53,991 nucleotides of DNA, taken from NCBI GenBank assembly GCA_002773095.1, contig PFCG01000029.1, positions 1-53,991 of the forward strand. Reading direction: 5' to 3'. Below the pieces are notes generated by a model, which was given only the letters and a program-made list of their open reading frames with translations, did no database searches and was not told where the DNA came from. How positions within the stretch are numbered: position 1 is the first letter of the stretch; every line of letters begins with the position of its first letter. This DNA is from Candidatus Moranbacteria bacterium CG10_big_fil_rev_8_21_14_0_10_35_21. Lineage in GTDB: Bacteria > Patescibacteriota > Minisyncoccia > Moranbacterales > UBA2206. Shown piece by piece: positions 19,665 through 28,410 of the stretch. The translations under genes and the position numbers were made by a program.

Positions 19665-20162
19665 ATGACTATATTTAAAGAACAACGCGTAGGTATGTTG
19701 GTGGATATTCAAAATTTGTATTATTCCTCCAAAGTACTCTATGGTAAAAAAGTAAACTTCGGACAAATTTTAAAAGCCGGCATAGGAGACCGAAAACTGA
19801 TTCGGGCTATTGGTTATGGAATCAAGACCCTGGAACGCCAAGAAGAAAAGTTTTTTGAGGCCTTGGAAAAACAGGGATTTGAAGTGAGAACCAAGGATCT
19901 GCAAATTTTTCCCGGTGGAGCCAAAAAAGGTGATTGGGATGTAGGTATTGCAGTGGACGCTATTAAACTTTCCAAAAATTTGGATGTGATTATCTTGGTT
20001 TCCGGAGATGGAGATTATATTCCAGTCGTAGAATATCTGCAAAACACCGTCGGTTGTCGTGTGGAAGTAATCGCTTTTTCTGAATCAGCCAGCGCCAAAC
20101 TTATCATAGCCGCCGATTCTTTTATTGATATAAGTGATAATAAGAAAAAATTCCTTATTTAA
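19665..20162 (+). CDS. NYN domain protein (LabA/DUF88 family)
   Basis: VDIQNLY, KGDWDVGIAVD, VSGDGDY; the ATG at 19644 lies inside the repeat, so 19665 is preferred. Confidence 0.9.
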   Translation: MTIFKEQRVGMLVDIQNLYYSSKVLYGKKVNFGQILKAGIGDRKLIRAIGYGIKTLERQEEKFFEALEKQGFEVRTKDLQIFPGGAKKGDWDVGIAVDAIKLSKNLDVIILVSGDGDYIPVVEYLQNTVGCRVEVIAFSESASAKLIIAADSFIDISDNKKKFLI

Positions 20163-20170
20163 AAAGCTTG

Positions 20171-20201
20171 CCCCGTGATCCCGCCACGGGATTTTACGGG
20201 G
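20171..20201. repeat. short CCCCGTG...CGGGG palindrome
   Basis: CCCCGTGA-TCCCG-CCA-CGGGA-TT-TTACGGGG; termini resemble the rsmA insertion. Confidence 0.55.
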
Positions 20202-20218
20202 AAGTTTTTGATATAAGT

Positions 20219-20247
20219 TTGACAAATCATTCAAAAAAAGTTAGTAT
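20219..20247 (+). promoter_or_regulatory. probable pnp promoter
   Basis: TTGACA-17 bp-TAGTAT. Confidence 0.6.
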
Positions 20248-20272
20248 CAAATACTTAACAAATTAATTAAAA

Positions 20273-20416
20273 GCCTTTAACTAGTGCGTTAAGAGCATAA
20301 AGTTGGGAATATAAAGCGCAAAGCCACAATTTAGAACTTAACCCTTGAGTTTTGACTTGTAGTTTTGACTTTTTACCTTTCAGCTTTGAGCTTCCAAAGC
20401 GTCGCTAGCGTAAGGC
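20273..20416 (+). promoter_or_regulatory. long hairpin in the pnp 5' leader
   Basis: Imperfect nested pairing GCCTT/AAGGC, CTAG/CTAG, AAAGTTGGGA/TTTCAGCTTT, CAAAGCCACAA/TTGTAGTTTTG. Confidence 0.5.
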
Positions 20417-20428
20417 AGCACGTTTCAT

Positions 20429-22606
20429 ATGGAACAAAAAAAATGGTCTCTTCAGCTTGGAGAGAGAAACTTAGAGGTTGAAACTGGTCTTTTGGCTGGT
20501 CAAGCCAACGGAGCAGTAACTGTCAGATACGGTGATACTGTGGTTTTAGCTACCGCCGTGATGAGCAAAGGTGCTTCTAGAATAAGTGGTTACTTTCCTT
20601 TGATGGTTGATTTTGAGGAAAGATATTATGCCGCTGGAAAAATAAAAGGTTCAAGATTTATTAAAAGAGAAGGTCGTCCTTCTGACGCTTCTATTCTTTC
20701 TGGAAGAATGGTGGACAGAACTATTCGTCCGCTTTTTCCTTCCCGAATGAGAAATGATGTGCAAGTGGTTTTGACTGTTCTTTCTTATGATGGAGAAAAT
20801 GATCCAGCTCTAGTAGCCGTTATTGCAGCTTCCACTGCTCTTTCTATCTCTGATATTCCTTGGAATGGTCCTGTAGCCGCTGTGCGAGTGGGGAAAACAA
20901 CTGGGCCTGCCCTCAATGCTTCGCCAGCTCAACAGTCTGATAGCAAACTTGGTGACAAGCATAGCGATGCAGGCGGGGATTTAATTTTAAACCCAGTCAA
21001 TGGAGAAATTAGCGATGGTTCTTTGGACTTAGTGATTGCCGGAACTAAAAACAAAATAAATATGTTGGAAGCTGGAGCGAAAGAAATTCCTGAAGCAGAA
21101 ATTTTGAAAGCGCTTCAATTCGGTTCAGAATATGTCAAAAAAGTAGCTGAATTTGTTGAAAGTATTCAAAAAGAAATCGGAAAACCAAAATCAGAACCAG
21201 CTTTATTAAAAGGAACAGATGAATTTGAAGCTAAAGTGAAAGAAATTCTTTTGGCTGAAGGTTTAGCGACCGCTCTTTATGATCAAGATAAAAAGGTAGT
21301 GGAAGAAAAAACAGAAGCTACTAAAGAAAAAGTAAACCAGTATATTAAAGAAACCTTTACTGAAGATGTGGATAGATTGTTGGAAATTTCCGGAGAAGTT
21401 TTTGAAGAAGTCTCTGACGAGATTGTTCATCAAAACGTTCTAGAAAAAGAGCAACGACCAGATGGACGCAAACTGAATGAAATTAGGAAAATTACTTGCC
21501 AAACTGGAATTTTACCAAGAACTCATGGCACCGGGCTCTTCACTCGTGGAGAAACTCAGGCTTTGACCGTGACAACTCTTGGATCTCCTGGAGATGAGCA
21601 AATCATCGATACTATGGAGGTGGATATGAAAAAAAGATATATTCATCACTACAATTTCCCGCCTTTTTCTGTGGGAGAAACAAAACCCATGCGTGGGCCA
21701 GGCCGACGTGAAATAGGTCATGGTGCACTGGCAGAAAAAGCCTTAATTCCGGTTCTTCCTTCTAAGGAAGATTTCCCTTACACTATTCTTCTGGTTTCAG
21801 AAATTCTTTCTTCTAATGGATCTTCTTCTATGGCTTCTACTTGTGGCTCTACTTTATCCTTAATGGACGCTGGAGTGCCTATTAAGCGACCTGTCAGTGG
21901 AATTGCTATGGGAATTATTGTGGGCGCTACGGATGATAAGTTTAAAGTTTTGACTGATATTCAAGGATTAGAAGATCATTATGGTGATATGGATTTTAAG
22001 GTGGCCGGAACAGAAAACGGAATTACCGCTCTGCAAATGGATGTAAAATTAGCTGGAGTGACTCTTCCAATGTTGGAGGCAGTCTTGAAGCAATCGTATG
22101 AAAATCGTTTGGAAATTTTGGAAAAGATAAAAACCGCTATTGCAGAACCAAGAACTGAAATGTCACAATATGCACCTAGAATTATCACTATGCACATTAA
22201 TCCGGAAAAAATCAGAAATGTTATTGGAGCTGGAGGAAAAATCATCAATGAAATTATTGATGAAACTGGAGTGCAGATTGATATTGAAGATGATGGGTCA
22301 GTTTTCATTACTTCTGTTGATGCTGCTTCCGCTAAAAAAGCTCAGGAGTGGATTCATAGCCTTACCCGGGAAGTTAAGGCCGGAGAAACTTTTGAAGCTA
22401 AGGTAATTAAACTAATGGACTTTGGAGCTTTTGCTGAAATTCTTCCAGGGCAAGATGGATTAATCCATATTTCTGAAATGGCAGACAAGCGAGTGGAAAA
22501 AGTGGAAGATGTTGTTAAAGTAGGCGACATTGTGCCAGTTAAGGTCAAAGAAATTGATAGTCAAGGAAGAATTAGCCTTTCTATGAAAGCAGCTATTAAA
22601 AAGTAG
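20429..22606 (+). CDS. pnp: polyribonucleotide nucleotidyltransferase (PNPase)
   Basis: Two RNase PH domains (RREIGHGALAE, SNGSSSMAS, DMDFKVAGT) plus KH and S1. Confidence 0.98.
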   Translation: MEQKKWSLQLGERNLEVETGLLAGQANGAVTVRYGDTVVLATAVMSKGASRISGYFPLMVDFEERYYAAGKIKGSRFIKREGRPSDASILSGRMVDRTIRPLFPSRMRNDVQVVLTVLSYDGENDPALVAVIAASTALSISDIPWNGPVAAVRVGKTTGPALNASPAQQSDSKLGDKHSDAGGDLILNPVNGEISDGSLDLVIAGTKNKINMLEAGAKEIPEAEILKALQFGSEYVKKVAEFVESIQKEIGKPKSEPALLKGTDEFEAKVKEILLAEGLATALYDQDKKVVEEKTEATKEKVNQYIKETFTEDVDRLLEISGEVFEEVSDEIVHQNVLEKEQRPDGRKLNEIRKITCQTGILPRTHGTGLFTRGETQALTVTTLGSPGDEQIIDTMEVDMKKRYIHHYNFPPFSVGETKPMRGPGRREIGHGALAEKALIPVLPSKEDFPYTILLVSEILSSNGSSSMASTCGSTLSLMDAGVPIKRPVSGIAMGIIVGATDDKFKVLTDIQGLEDHYGDMDFKVAGTENGITALQMDVKLAGVTLPMLEAVLKQSYENRLEILEKIKTAIAEPRTEMSQYAPRIITMHINPEKIRNVIGAGGKIINEIIDETGVQIDIEDDGSVFITSVDAASAKKAQEWIHSLTREVKAGETFEAKVIKLMDFGAFAEILPGQDGLIHISEMADKRVEKVEDVVKVGDIVPVKVKEIDSQGRISLSMKAAIKK

Positions 22607-22680
22607 TAGCCAAAAATTAACTTTTGTTGTAGAATAGAATTATAAAAAAATAGTTCTATTTTATTTTTAATTTTAAAAAA

Positions 22681-23925
22681 ATGTTTGGACAAAAACAAAA
22701 AAACCTGCAACCAACTACTCCAGCTAACCAAAAAATAAATCTTGATCAAAGGAAAGATTTCAAGGTGAACGATATTGAAGTTCATACTTTGGAAAAAGAT
22801 TTAAAAAATTATAAATATTCCGGTGTCACTCCGACTGAAATGAAGCCATCTCCTCCACCGGTTGAAAAAAAGCTTCCAGAAAGTCAGCCGATGAAACCGC
22901 TAAATAAACCCACTCCTAGTCCTTTTTTAAATTTCTCCCAACCTACCCAACCACCCAAACCATCTGTTCCAAAAGCCCCAGAGAAAGTTATGGAAAATTT
23001 TTCTCAAGCGAAACCAACCCCTACACCCATAGCTAAGCCCCCTGTTTTTAGTGCTCTTAGAAACTTACCTCAGGCGAAACCAACTACAAAGCCTCCTGTT
23101 TTTTCTGCCTCTAAAAATATGCCTCCTCAAGATAAAAAAACATTAGAAAAGCCAAAAAAGGAAGGTAACTTAGCTAAAATTATAACTACTACAATCATTG
23201 TTTTGGTTATTTTAATCGTTGGAGTAGGCGCTTATTATTTCTGGATTACTCGCCAAAAAATAGAAGAGGTAGTTATTAATCAACCAGAGGAAAATCCTAT
23301 TTCCGAGCCAGAAATTATTCCAGAAGATAAACCGGAAGAGACTGTCCTTAATGAAAATTATCCTAATTATCTAATGATTGATTTGGCAATTGAAGCCTCC
23401 ACTGCTCAAACTATAAAAGAAACCATTAAAAAAGTTAAAGCTTCTGGATTGGAAACACCTATTGAATTTATTGCAAGCGATGCAGAAAATAATCCAATCT
23501 CCTTCTCAAAATTTTCTGAAAATTTAGGTATTAAATTTTCTAGTGAAGTTTTAACCGGGTTAGATGATACTACTTTCAGTTTATTTATTCAGAATGATGC
23601 TTCGGAAAATATTGGATTAGGAATGGCTCTTTATTTTACAGATAAGACTGGACTAAAAACCACTATGCAAAAAGAAGAAGCTTTCTTAATTAATGAATTG
23701 AAGCCTTTCTTAAATTTAGCCATGATTTATGATACAATCAAAGAAGCCTCTTTCAGCTCAGCTAAATATGACGGAAGAGACATTAGATATATTAATATTA
23801 TTAGTCCCGAAGAGTTAACTATCGATTACGCAGTTAACGGTGAGAAGAAATTATTTATTGCTACTACTAAGCAATCTCTGGAAGGAATCCTACAAAAGAT
23901 GGTTTTTGACATAGAATCTGAATAA
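22681..23925 (+). CDS. Pro-rich single-pass membrane protein
   Basis: Pro/Lys-rich N-terminus with a duplicated QAKPT..KPPVFSA motif, one TM helix, acidic C-terminal domain. Confidence 0.75.
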   Translation: MFGQKQKNLQPTTPANQKINLDQRKDFKVNDIEVHTLEKDLKNYKYSGVTPTEMKPSPPPVEKKLPESQPMKPLNKPTPSPFLNFSQPTQPPKPSVPKAPEKVMENFSQAKPTPTPIAKPPVFSALRNLPQAKPTTKPPVFSASKNMPPQDKKTLEKPKKEGNLAKIITTTIIVLVILIVGVGAYYFWITRQKIEEVVINQPEENPISEPEIIPEDKPEETVLNENYPNYLMIDLAIEASTAQTIKETIKKVKASGLETPIEFIASDAENNPISFSKFSENLGIKFSSEVLTGLDDTTFSLFIQNDASENIGLGMALYFTDKTGLKTTMQKEEAFLINELKPFLNLAMIYDTIKEASFSSAKYDGRDIRYINIISPEELTIDYAVNGEKKLFIATTKQSLEGILQKMVFDIESE

Positions 23926-23927
23926 AC

Positions 23928-23936
23928 TGTGGATAA
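23928..23936 (-). promoter_or_regulatory. DnaA box
   Basis: TGTGGATAA (reverse complement of TTATCCACA). Confidence 0.35.
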
Positions 23937-24078
23937 CTTATGCCAAAATGAATTTTTCCTGAAAAAAAGAGATTTTCTTTCCAAATCTGACTAAAAAAGT
24001 GTATTTTCTATTTTTAAGAATTACAAGCTGAGTTGTTCCATAAAATACCTTTTTTAAGCCTTTTGCACGACTATCTAA

Positions 24079-24107
24079 TTGACCATTTGCTAAAAATTTG
24101 CTATAAT
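24079..24107 (+). promoter_or_regulatory. strong promoter with no downstream ORF
   Basis: TTGACC-17 bp-TATAAT with TGn extended -10. Confidence 0.6.
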
Positions 24108-24141
24108 AAAAACATCAGTAAATTAAAAACCTTACCTTAGC

Positions 24142-24202
24142 AACAGCGAAAGAATTTCAATCGCAATTTCCCCCTATTTGCGATTGAAATTCTCTTGCTG
24201 TT
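24142..24202 (+). ncRNA. candidate sRNA hairpin
   Basis: ~25-bp stem with a perfect 16-bp core AGAATTTCAATCGCAA/TTGCGATTGAAATTCT. Confidence 0.35.
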
Positions 24203-24465
24203 CAAAAATTGAGATGAACCATCTTAATTACCCTTACTAACAAAGGGAAACAAAACAAAAACAAAAAAGTTTTTATAAAATAAAAATAAAAATAAAAATT
24301 TGTTCTTTCAAAAAAAGGTATAACCAGAGAACGGTTAGAGAAAAACGTGTTGAAAATGTTAGACCAATACGTTACGGACGCATATTAATAAAATATATAT
24401 GCATTATAATTTTTGATGCTTTCACCCAAGCTAAAAAATTTCCATGTCATATATTATAATATGTT

Positions 24466-24553
24466 AAACACTGGGGCGCCGAGCCACTTATTAATTTTTT
24501 GGGGCAATAAGCGCCCTGGTTTCCAATCAAAGTCACCAGGAAGGTGTTTTTTT
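24466..24553 (+). ncRNA. candidate structured RNA / leader upstream of yraN
   Basis: GC-rich island in AT-rich DNA: AAACAC/GTGTTT, GGGCGC/GCGCCC, CCTGGT/ACCAGG, then a T run; begins just after TATAAT (24455-24460). Confidence 0.4.
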
Positions 24554-24580
24554 ATTTGCCAAAAATGATATAATGCCCCT

Positions 24581-24976
24581 ATGGATAATGAAATAAAAAC
24601 AAAATCTATTGGGGAAACTGGAGAAGAAATTTCAGCCAATTTTTTAAAAAAGCACGGTTATACAATTTTAGCTATGAACTTTCAAAACAATTCCGGTCGC
24701 CGCTTAGGAGAAATTGACATTATCGCTCGCGATTCAGAAACTAGTGAAATTGTTTTTGTGGAAGTAAAATCTCGAGATATAAAAAAATACGCCCACACTC
24801 TTCCAGAAGAGAATATTAATCCTCAAAAGCTGAGAAAGCTTTCTAAAATAGCCTACTATTACCTTAGAGAAAGGACTAATTTAGACGCTCCCCACCGTTT
24901 TGACGCCCTATCCGTTTGGATTGACACCGATTTAAAAAACGCCAAAATAAAACATTTGAAAAATATCTTCTTTTAG
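24581..24976 (+). CDS. yraN: YraN family (UPF0102) nuclease-like protein
   Basis: GETGE..A..L, GEIDIIA, VFVEVKSR, RFD. Confidence 0.9.
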   Translation: MDNEIKTKSIGETGEEISANFLKKHGYTILAMNFQNNSGRRLGEIDIIARDSETSEIVFVEVKSRDIKKYAHTLPEENINPQKLRKLSKIAYYYLRERTNLDAPHRFDALSVWIDTDLKNAKIKHLKNIFF

Positions 24977-25025
24977 ACATTTCTTTCATTCTTTGCTAAA
25001 CTAAACTTATCATTAAATTAATTTT

Positions 25026-25382
25026 ATGCCATTAGACAAAAAAACTCTTGAGGAATTAAAGCAATCTCTCCTGAAGGAACAAGGTGATTTGGAAAAAAGC
25101 TTGGGAAAAATCGCTAAGCCGGTCGACAAAAAAACTGGAGATTATGACACTACCTTTGAAAACTTAGGCACCGATCGAAACGATAATGCCACTGAAATAG
25201 AACAATATACTGATAATTTGCCAGTAGAACTAACGTTGGAAAAAAATCTTCAGTCTGTTTTAGAGGCGCTTAAAAGAATAGAGAAAGGTACTTATGGATT
25301 TTGCGAAAATTGCCAAAAAGAAATTGAAGTTGAAAGATTAAAAGCTAACCCATCTGCCGAGACTTGTGTAAAATGCGGCTAG
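25026..25382 (+). CDS. TraR/DksA C4-type zinc finger protein
   Basis: ALKRIEKGTYGFCENC..I..ERL.ANP.A.TCVKC. Confidence 0.9.
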   Translation: MPLDKKTLEELKQSLLKEQGDLEKSLGKIAKPVDKKTGDYDTTFENLGTDRNDNATEIEQYTDNLPVELTLEKNLQSVLEALKRIEKGTYGFCENCQKEIEVERLKANPSAETCVKCG

Positions 25383-25393
25383 ATAGAATTTTG

Positions 25394-25807
25394 ATGAAAA
25401 TAAAAAATAAAAAAATACTTTTATTCTTGCTTTTTTTTTTAATCTTTAGCGACCAGCTAGTTAAATATTTTATCCGCCTCAGGGGCGGTTTTTATGTTTG
25501 TAATCCAAATTTGGCTTGGGGAGCCTCCCTCCCTCCATATTTATTTTTGATTTTGTGGATTGGTATCATTGTAGGGCTTTTATATTTTTTCCAAACATCT
25601 AAAAATAAATGGGCTTTTATATTAATTTTTTCTGGAGCTTTTTCTAATTTATTAGATCGCTTAATTCATGGTTGCGTGATTGATTTTATAGATTTAGGCT
25701 TTTTTTTTACCAGCCTCAAGGGCTGGCCAATTTTTAATTTAGCTGATTCATTAATAGTTTTAGGATTAATTATTATTATTTTAAAAAAAAACAAAAATGT
25801 CAGCTAA
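25394..25807 (+). CDS. lspA: signal peptidase II
   Basis: DQLVK, GAFSNLLDR, VIDFI, WPIFNLAD. Confidence 0.85.
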   Translation: MKIKNKKILLFLLFFLIFSDQLVKYFIRLRGGFYVCNPNLAWGASLPPYLFLILWIGIIVGLLYFFQTSKNKWAFILIFSGAFSNLLDRLIHGCVIDFIDLGFFFTSLKGWPIFNLADSLIVLGLIIIILKKNKNVS

Positions 25808-27329
25808 AAAAATACTTTCCGCCGCTACGGTTGGACTGAGAAGCGAAATTATCGAAGTGGAAGTGGATGTTATTTCTTCCGGCCTGCATCAATTTAATAT
25901 CGTCGGTCTGCCTGACGCTGCGGTTAAGGAATCGCGCGATCGTGTGGCTTCCGCGATTAAAAACAGTCGTTTCCGTCCGCCTCACCAATGTGGTCGCATA
26001 ACGGTTAACTTGGCTCCAGCTGATTTGAAAAAAGAAGGGCCAATCTATGATTTACCTATCGCTTTAGGCTTTCTTTTGGCCACAAATCAAATTAAGTTTG
26101 ATTTTCAGAACAAACTTTTTTTAGGAGAAGTTTCCTTAGATGGCAGTGTTCGCCCAGTTAAAGGCATTCTGCCAATGGCTCTTTTAGCTAAAGAAAGAAA
26201 TATTCCAGAAATTTATGTTCCTGAAGAAAATGCCGAAGAAGCTTCGGTGGTGGAAGGTATTTCAGTTTTTCCAGTTAAAAATATTTTAGCCCTTTACTCT
26301 CATTTAGATGGGCAAACATTAATTTCACCGGCCCCAAAAGCCGTCTTGGAAGATTTATTTAAAGAAGAAGAATATTTGACCGACATGAAATTTATTAAAG
26401 GACAAGAACAAGCTAAACGGGCTTTGGAAATCGCTGCTGCCGGAGGACATAATGTTATTCTCAACGGCCCACCAGGGTCAGGCAAAACTATGTTAGCCAA
26501 AACCCTTCCATCTATTCTTCCCCGCTTAACTACCGCAGAAGCTTTGGAAATAACTAAAATTTTTTCGGTGGCCGGTCAATTACTGAGAAAAAAATCTTTA
26601 ATTACCAGTCGACAATTCCGTTCGCCCCATCACAGTGCTAGTGCGGTTTCCTTGGTAGGAGGCGGAACTTATCCGAAACCAGGAGAAATCAGTCTAGCTC
26701 ATCGAGGGATTTTATTTTTGGATGAATTCCCAGAATTTTCCCGAGTAGTTTTGGAAAACCTCAGACAACCATTAGAAGACGGAAAAATAACCGTTTCTCG
26801 AGCTCAAGGCACTTTGGAATTTCCGGCTAGTTTTACATTGATAGCGGCTATGAATCCCTGCCCTTGTGGGAATGCCACTGATCCAGAAAAATCCTGCTCC
26901 TGCAATCCGGCGCAAATCATAAAATACCAAAGAAAAATATCCGGACCAATATTGGATCGCATTGATTTACACGTGGAAGTGCCTCGTATTAAATTTGAAA
27001 AATTTTCTCAAGATGAAACTTCTTTAGAAAATTCTTTTTCTATTCGCCAGCGAGTAGAAGCAGCCAGAAAAACACAGGCTTCCAGATTTGAGCAATCTCC
27101 TATTTTTTGTAATAGCGAAATGGGCAGTCAGGAAATTAAAAATTTCTGTTACTTAAGCCCAGATTGCATTGAATTGATGAAAAAAGCCGTTTCCAGCCTT
27201 CATTTGAGCGCCCGAGCTTACTATCGTATAATTAAGGTTGCTCGTACTATAGCCGATTTATCGGAAGGTCCGGCTATTCAGCCAGAGCATATCGCTGAAG
27301 CCATCCAATATCGGTTTAAGACGGACTAA
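25797..27329 (+). CDS. comM: YifB/ComM Mg-chelatase-like AAA+ ATPase
   Basis: VGLPDAAVKESRDR, NLAPADLKKEG, GPPGSGKT, PGEISLAHRGILFLDE, NPCPCG. Confidence 0.93.
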   Translation: MSAKKILSAATVGLRSEIIEVEVDVISSGLHQFNIVGLPDAAVKESRDRVASAIKNSRFRPPHQCGRITVNLAPADLKKEGPIYDLPIALGFLLATNQIKFDFQNKLFLGEVSLDGSVRPVKGILPMALLAKERNIPEIYVPEENAEEASVVEGISVFPVKNILALYSHLDGQTLISPAPKAVLEDLFKEEEYLTDMKFIKGQEQAKRALEIAAAGGHNVILNGPPGSGKTMLAKTLPSILPRLTTAEALEITKIFSVAGQLLRKKSLITSRQFRSPHHSASAVSLVGGGTYPKPGEISLAHRGILFLDEFPEFSRVVLENLRQPLEDGKITVSRAQGTLEFPASFTLIAAMNPCPCGNATDPEKSCSCNPAQIIKYQRKISGPILDRIDLHVEVPRIKFEKFSQDETSLENSFSIRQRVEAARKTQASRFEQSPIFCNSEMGSQEIKNFCYLSPDCIELMKKAVSSLHLSARAYYRIIKVARTIADLSEGPAIQPEHIAEAIQYRFKTD

Positions 27330-27374
27330 GCTTTTTTAAATTTCCAATTTTTAATTTTTTCAGCCTACAGCTGA

Positions 27375-27389
27375 TCCGCCTTTGGCGGA
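27375..27389. repeat. short palindrome TCCGCC-TTT-GGCGGA
   Basis: Same motif as 46392-46406 and 50591-50605. Confidence 0.6.
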
Positions 27390-27424
27390 AAATAAATCTA
27401 AATTTTTGAATTTTTAAACATTAG

Positions 27425-28396
27425 AAATTTGGATTTATTTATAAAATTATAAAATTAAAAATTATAAAATTTGGAGTCTTTTTTATATTAATAGTCTTAG
27501 TTGGCTACGTCTTTTTTTATTTATTTACCCATTCCGGCCGAAATTTATCCTTCGCTGTTCCCAAAACTGTTTCTCTTGATGACAATGGACTGTCTTTCCG
27601 AAAAAATACTTCTGCGGAGACAATTGAAGAATTTTTGCAAGAAAATAAATTAAACATTAGCGACTACGATCAAATCATTCCGGCCAGAGAAACGCCGATT
27701 TTTCCGGAAATAAATATTGAAATCCGCCGAGCTTTGAAAATAAAAATATCCGCCGACAAACAAGAAAAAGAATTCTACACTTTGTCCGACACTGTCGGCA
27801 ATGCTCTTGCTGAAAGCCAAACGAAACTGGGCGAAGATGATTTGATTGATCCGAAAATTTCCTCGCCATTGAAAAATAATTTGAAAATTACTGTTACACG
27901 TGTGGAAATCAGAGAAGAAACCGTGCAAAAATCCATTGATTTCAAAACAATTGCCAAAGAAGATGATTCATTGGGCTGGCGAATAAAAAAGATAACCACT
28001 CCCGGAAAAAAAGGGACGGAAGAAATAAAATATAAAGTGGTTTCACACGATGGCAAAGAAATTTCCCGAAAAATATTGAATAGAAAAACTGTTCAAAATC
28101 CAACTGATGAAATCGTGGTGCAAGGAACTTATATGAAAACCGGAAAAGCCAACACCGGACAAGGAACGTGGTATGCTTGGAAAGGAGGACTCTTTGCCGC
28201 CAGCGCTACTCTTCCGAGGGGAAGTTATGCTAAGGTTACCAATATGGAAAACGGCAAAACAGTCGTGGTGCAAATCAACGACTATGGCCCCCAAGGCAAA
28301 GGGCGTATTATTGACTTGGACAAAGTGGCCTTCACCAAAATCTCCAACATCGGCGCGGGAGTAATTGGAGTGAAAGTTGAACAGATACTTAATTGA
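27425..28396 (+). CDS. membrane-anchored ubiquitin-like (DUF348) + G5 + RlpA/DPBB domain protein
   Basis: G5 (TPGKKG..K..Y..V..DGKEISR..PTDEIVVQGT) and RlpA-like (AAS.TLP.GS..KVTN..NGK.V.V.INDYGP..GRIIDL); frame open from 27425 with a TM helix, but the first canonical start is TTG at 27635. Confidence 0.8.
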   Translation, partial: KFGFIYKIIKLKIIKFGVFFILIVLVGYVFFYLFTHSGRNLSFAVPKTVSLDDNGLSFRKNTSAETIEEFLQENKLNISDYDQIIPARETPIFPEINIEIRRALKIKISADKQEKEFYTLSDTVGNALAESQTKLGEDDLIDPKISSPLKNNLKITVTRVEIREETVQKSIDFKTIAKEDDSLGWRIKKITTPGKKGTEEIKYKVVSHDGKEISRKILNRKTVQNPTDEIVVQGTYMKTGKANTGQGTWYAWKGGLFAASATLPRGSYAKVTNMENGKTVVVQINDYGPQGKGRIIDLDKVAFTKISNIGAGVIGVKVEQILN

Positions 28397-28410
28397 CAAA
28401 ATAACTATTT

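Noticed and set aside
23926-24580. oriC in the long AT-rich intergenic gap
   Set aside because: Only one perfect DnaA box and no adjacent dnaA; insufficient support.
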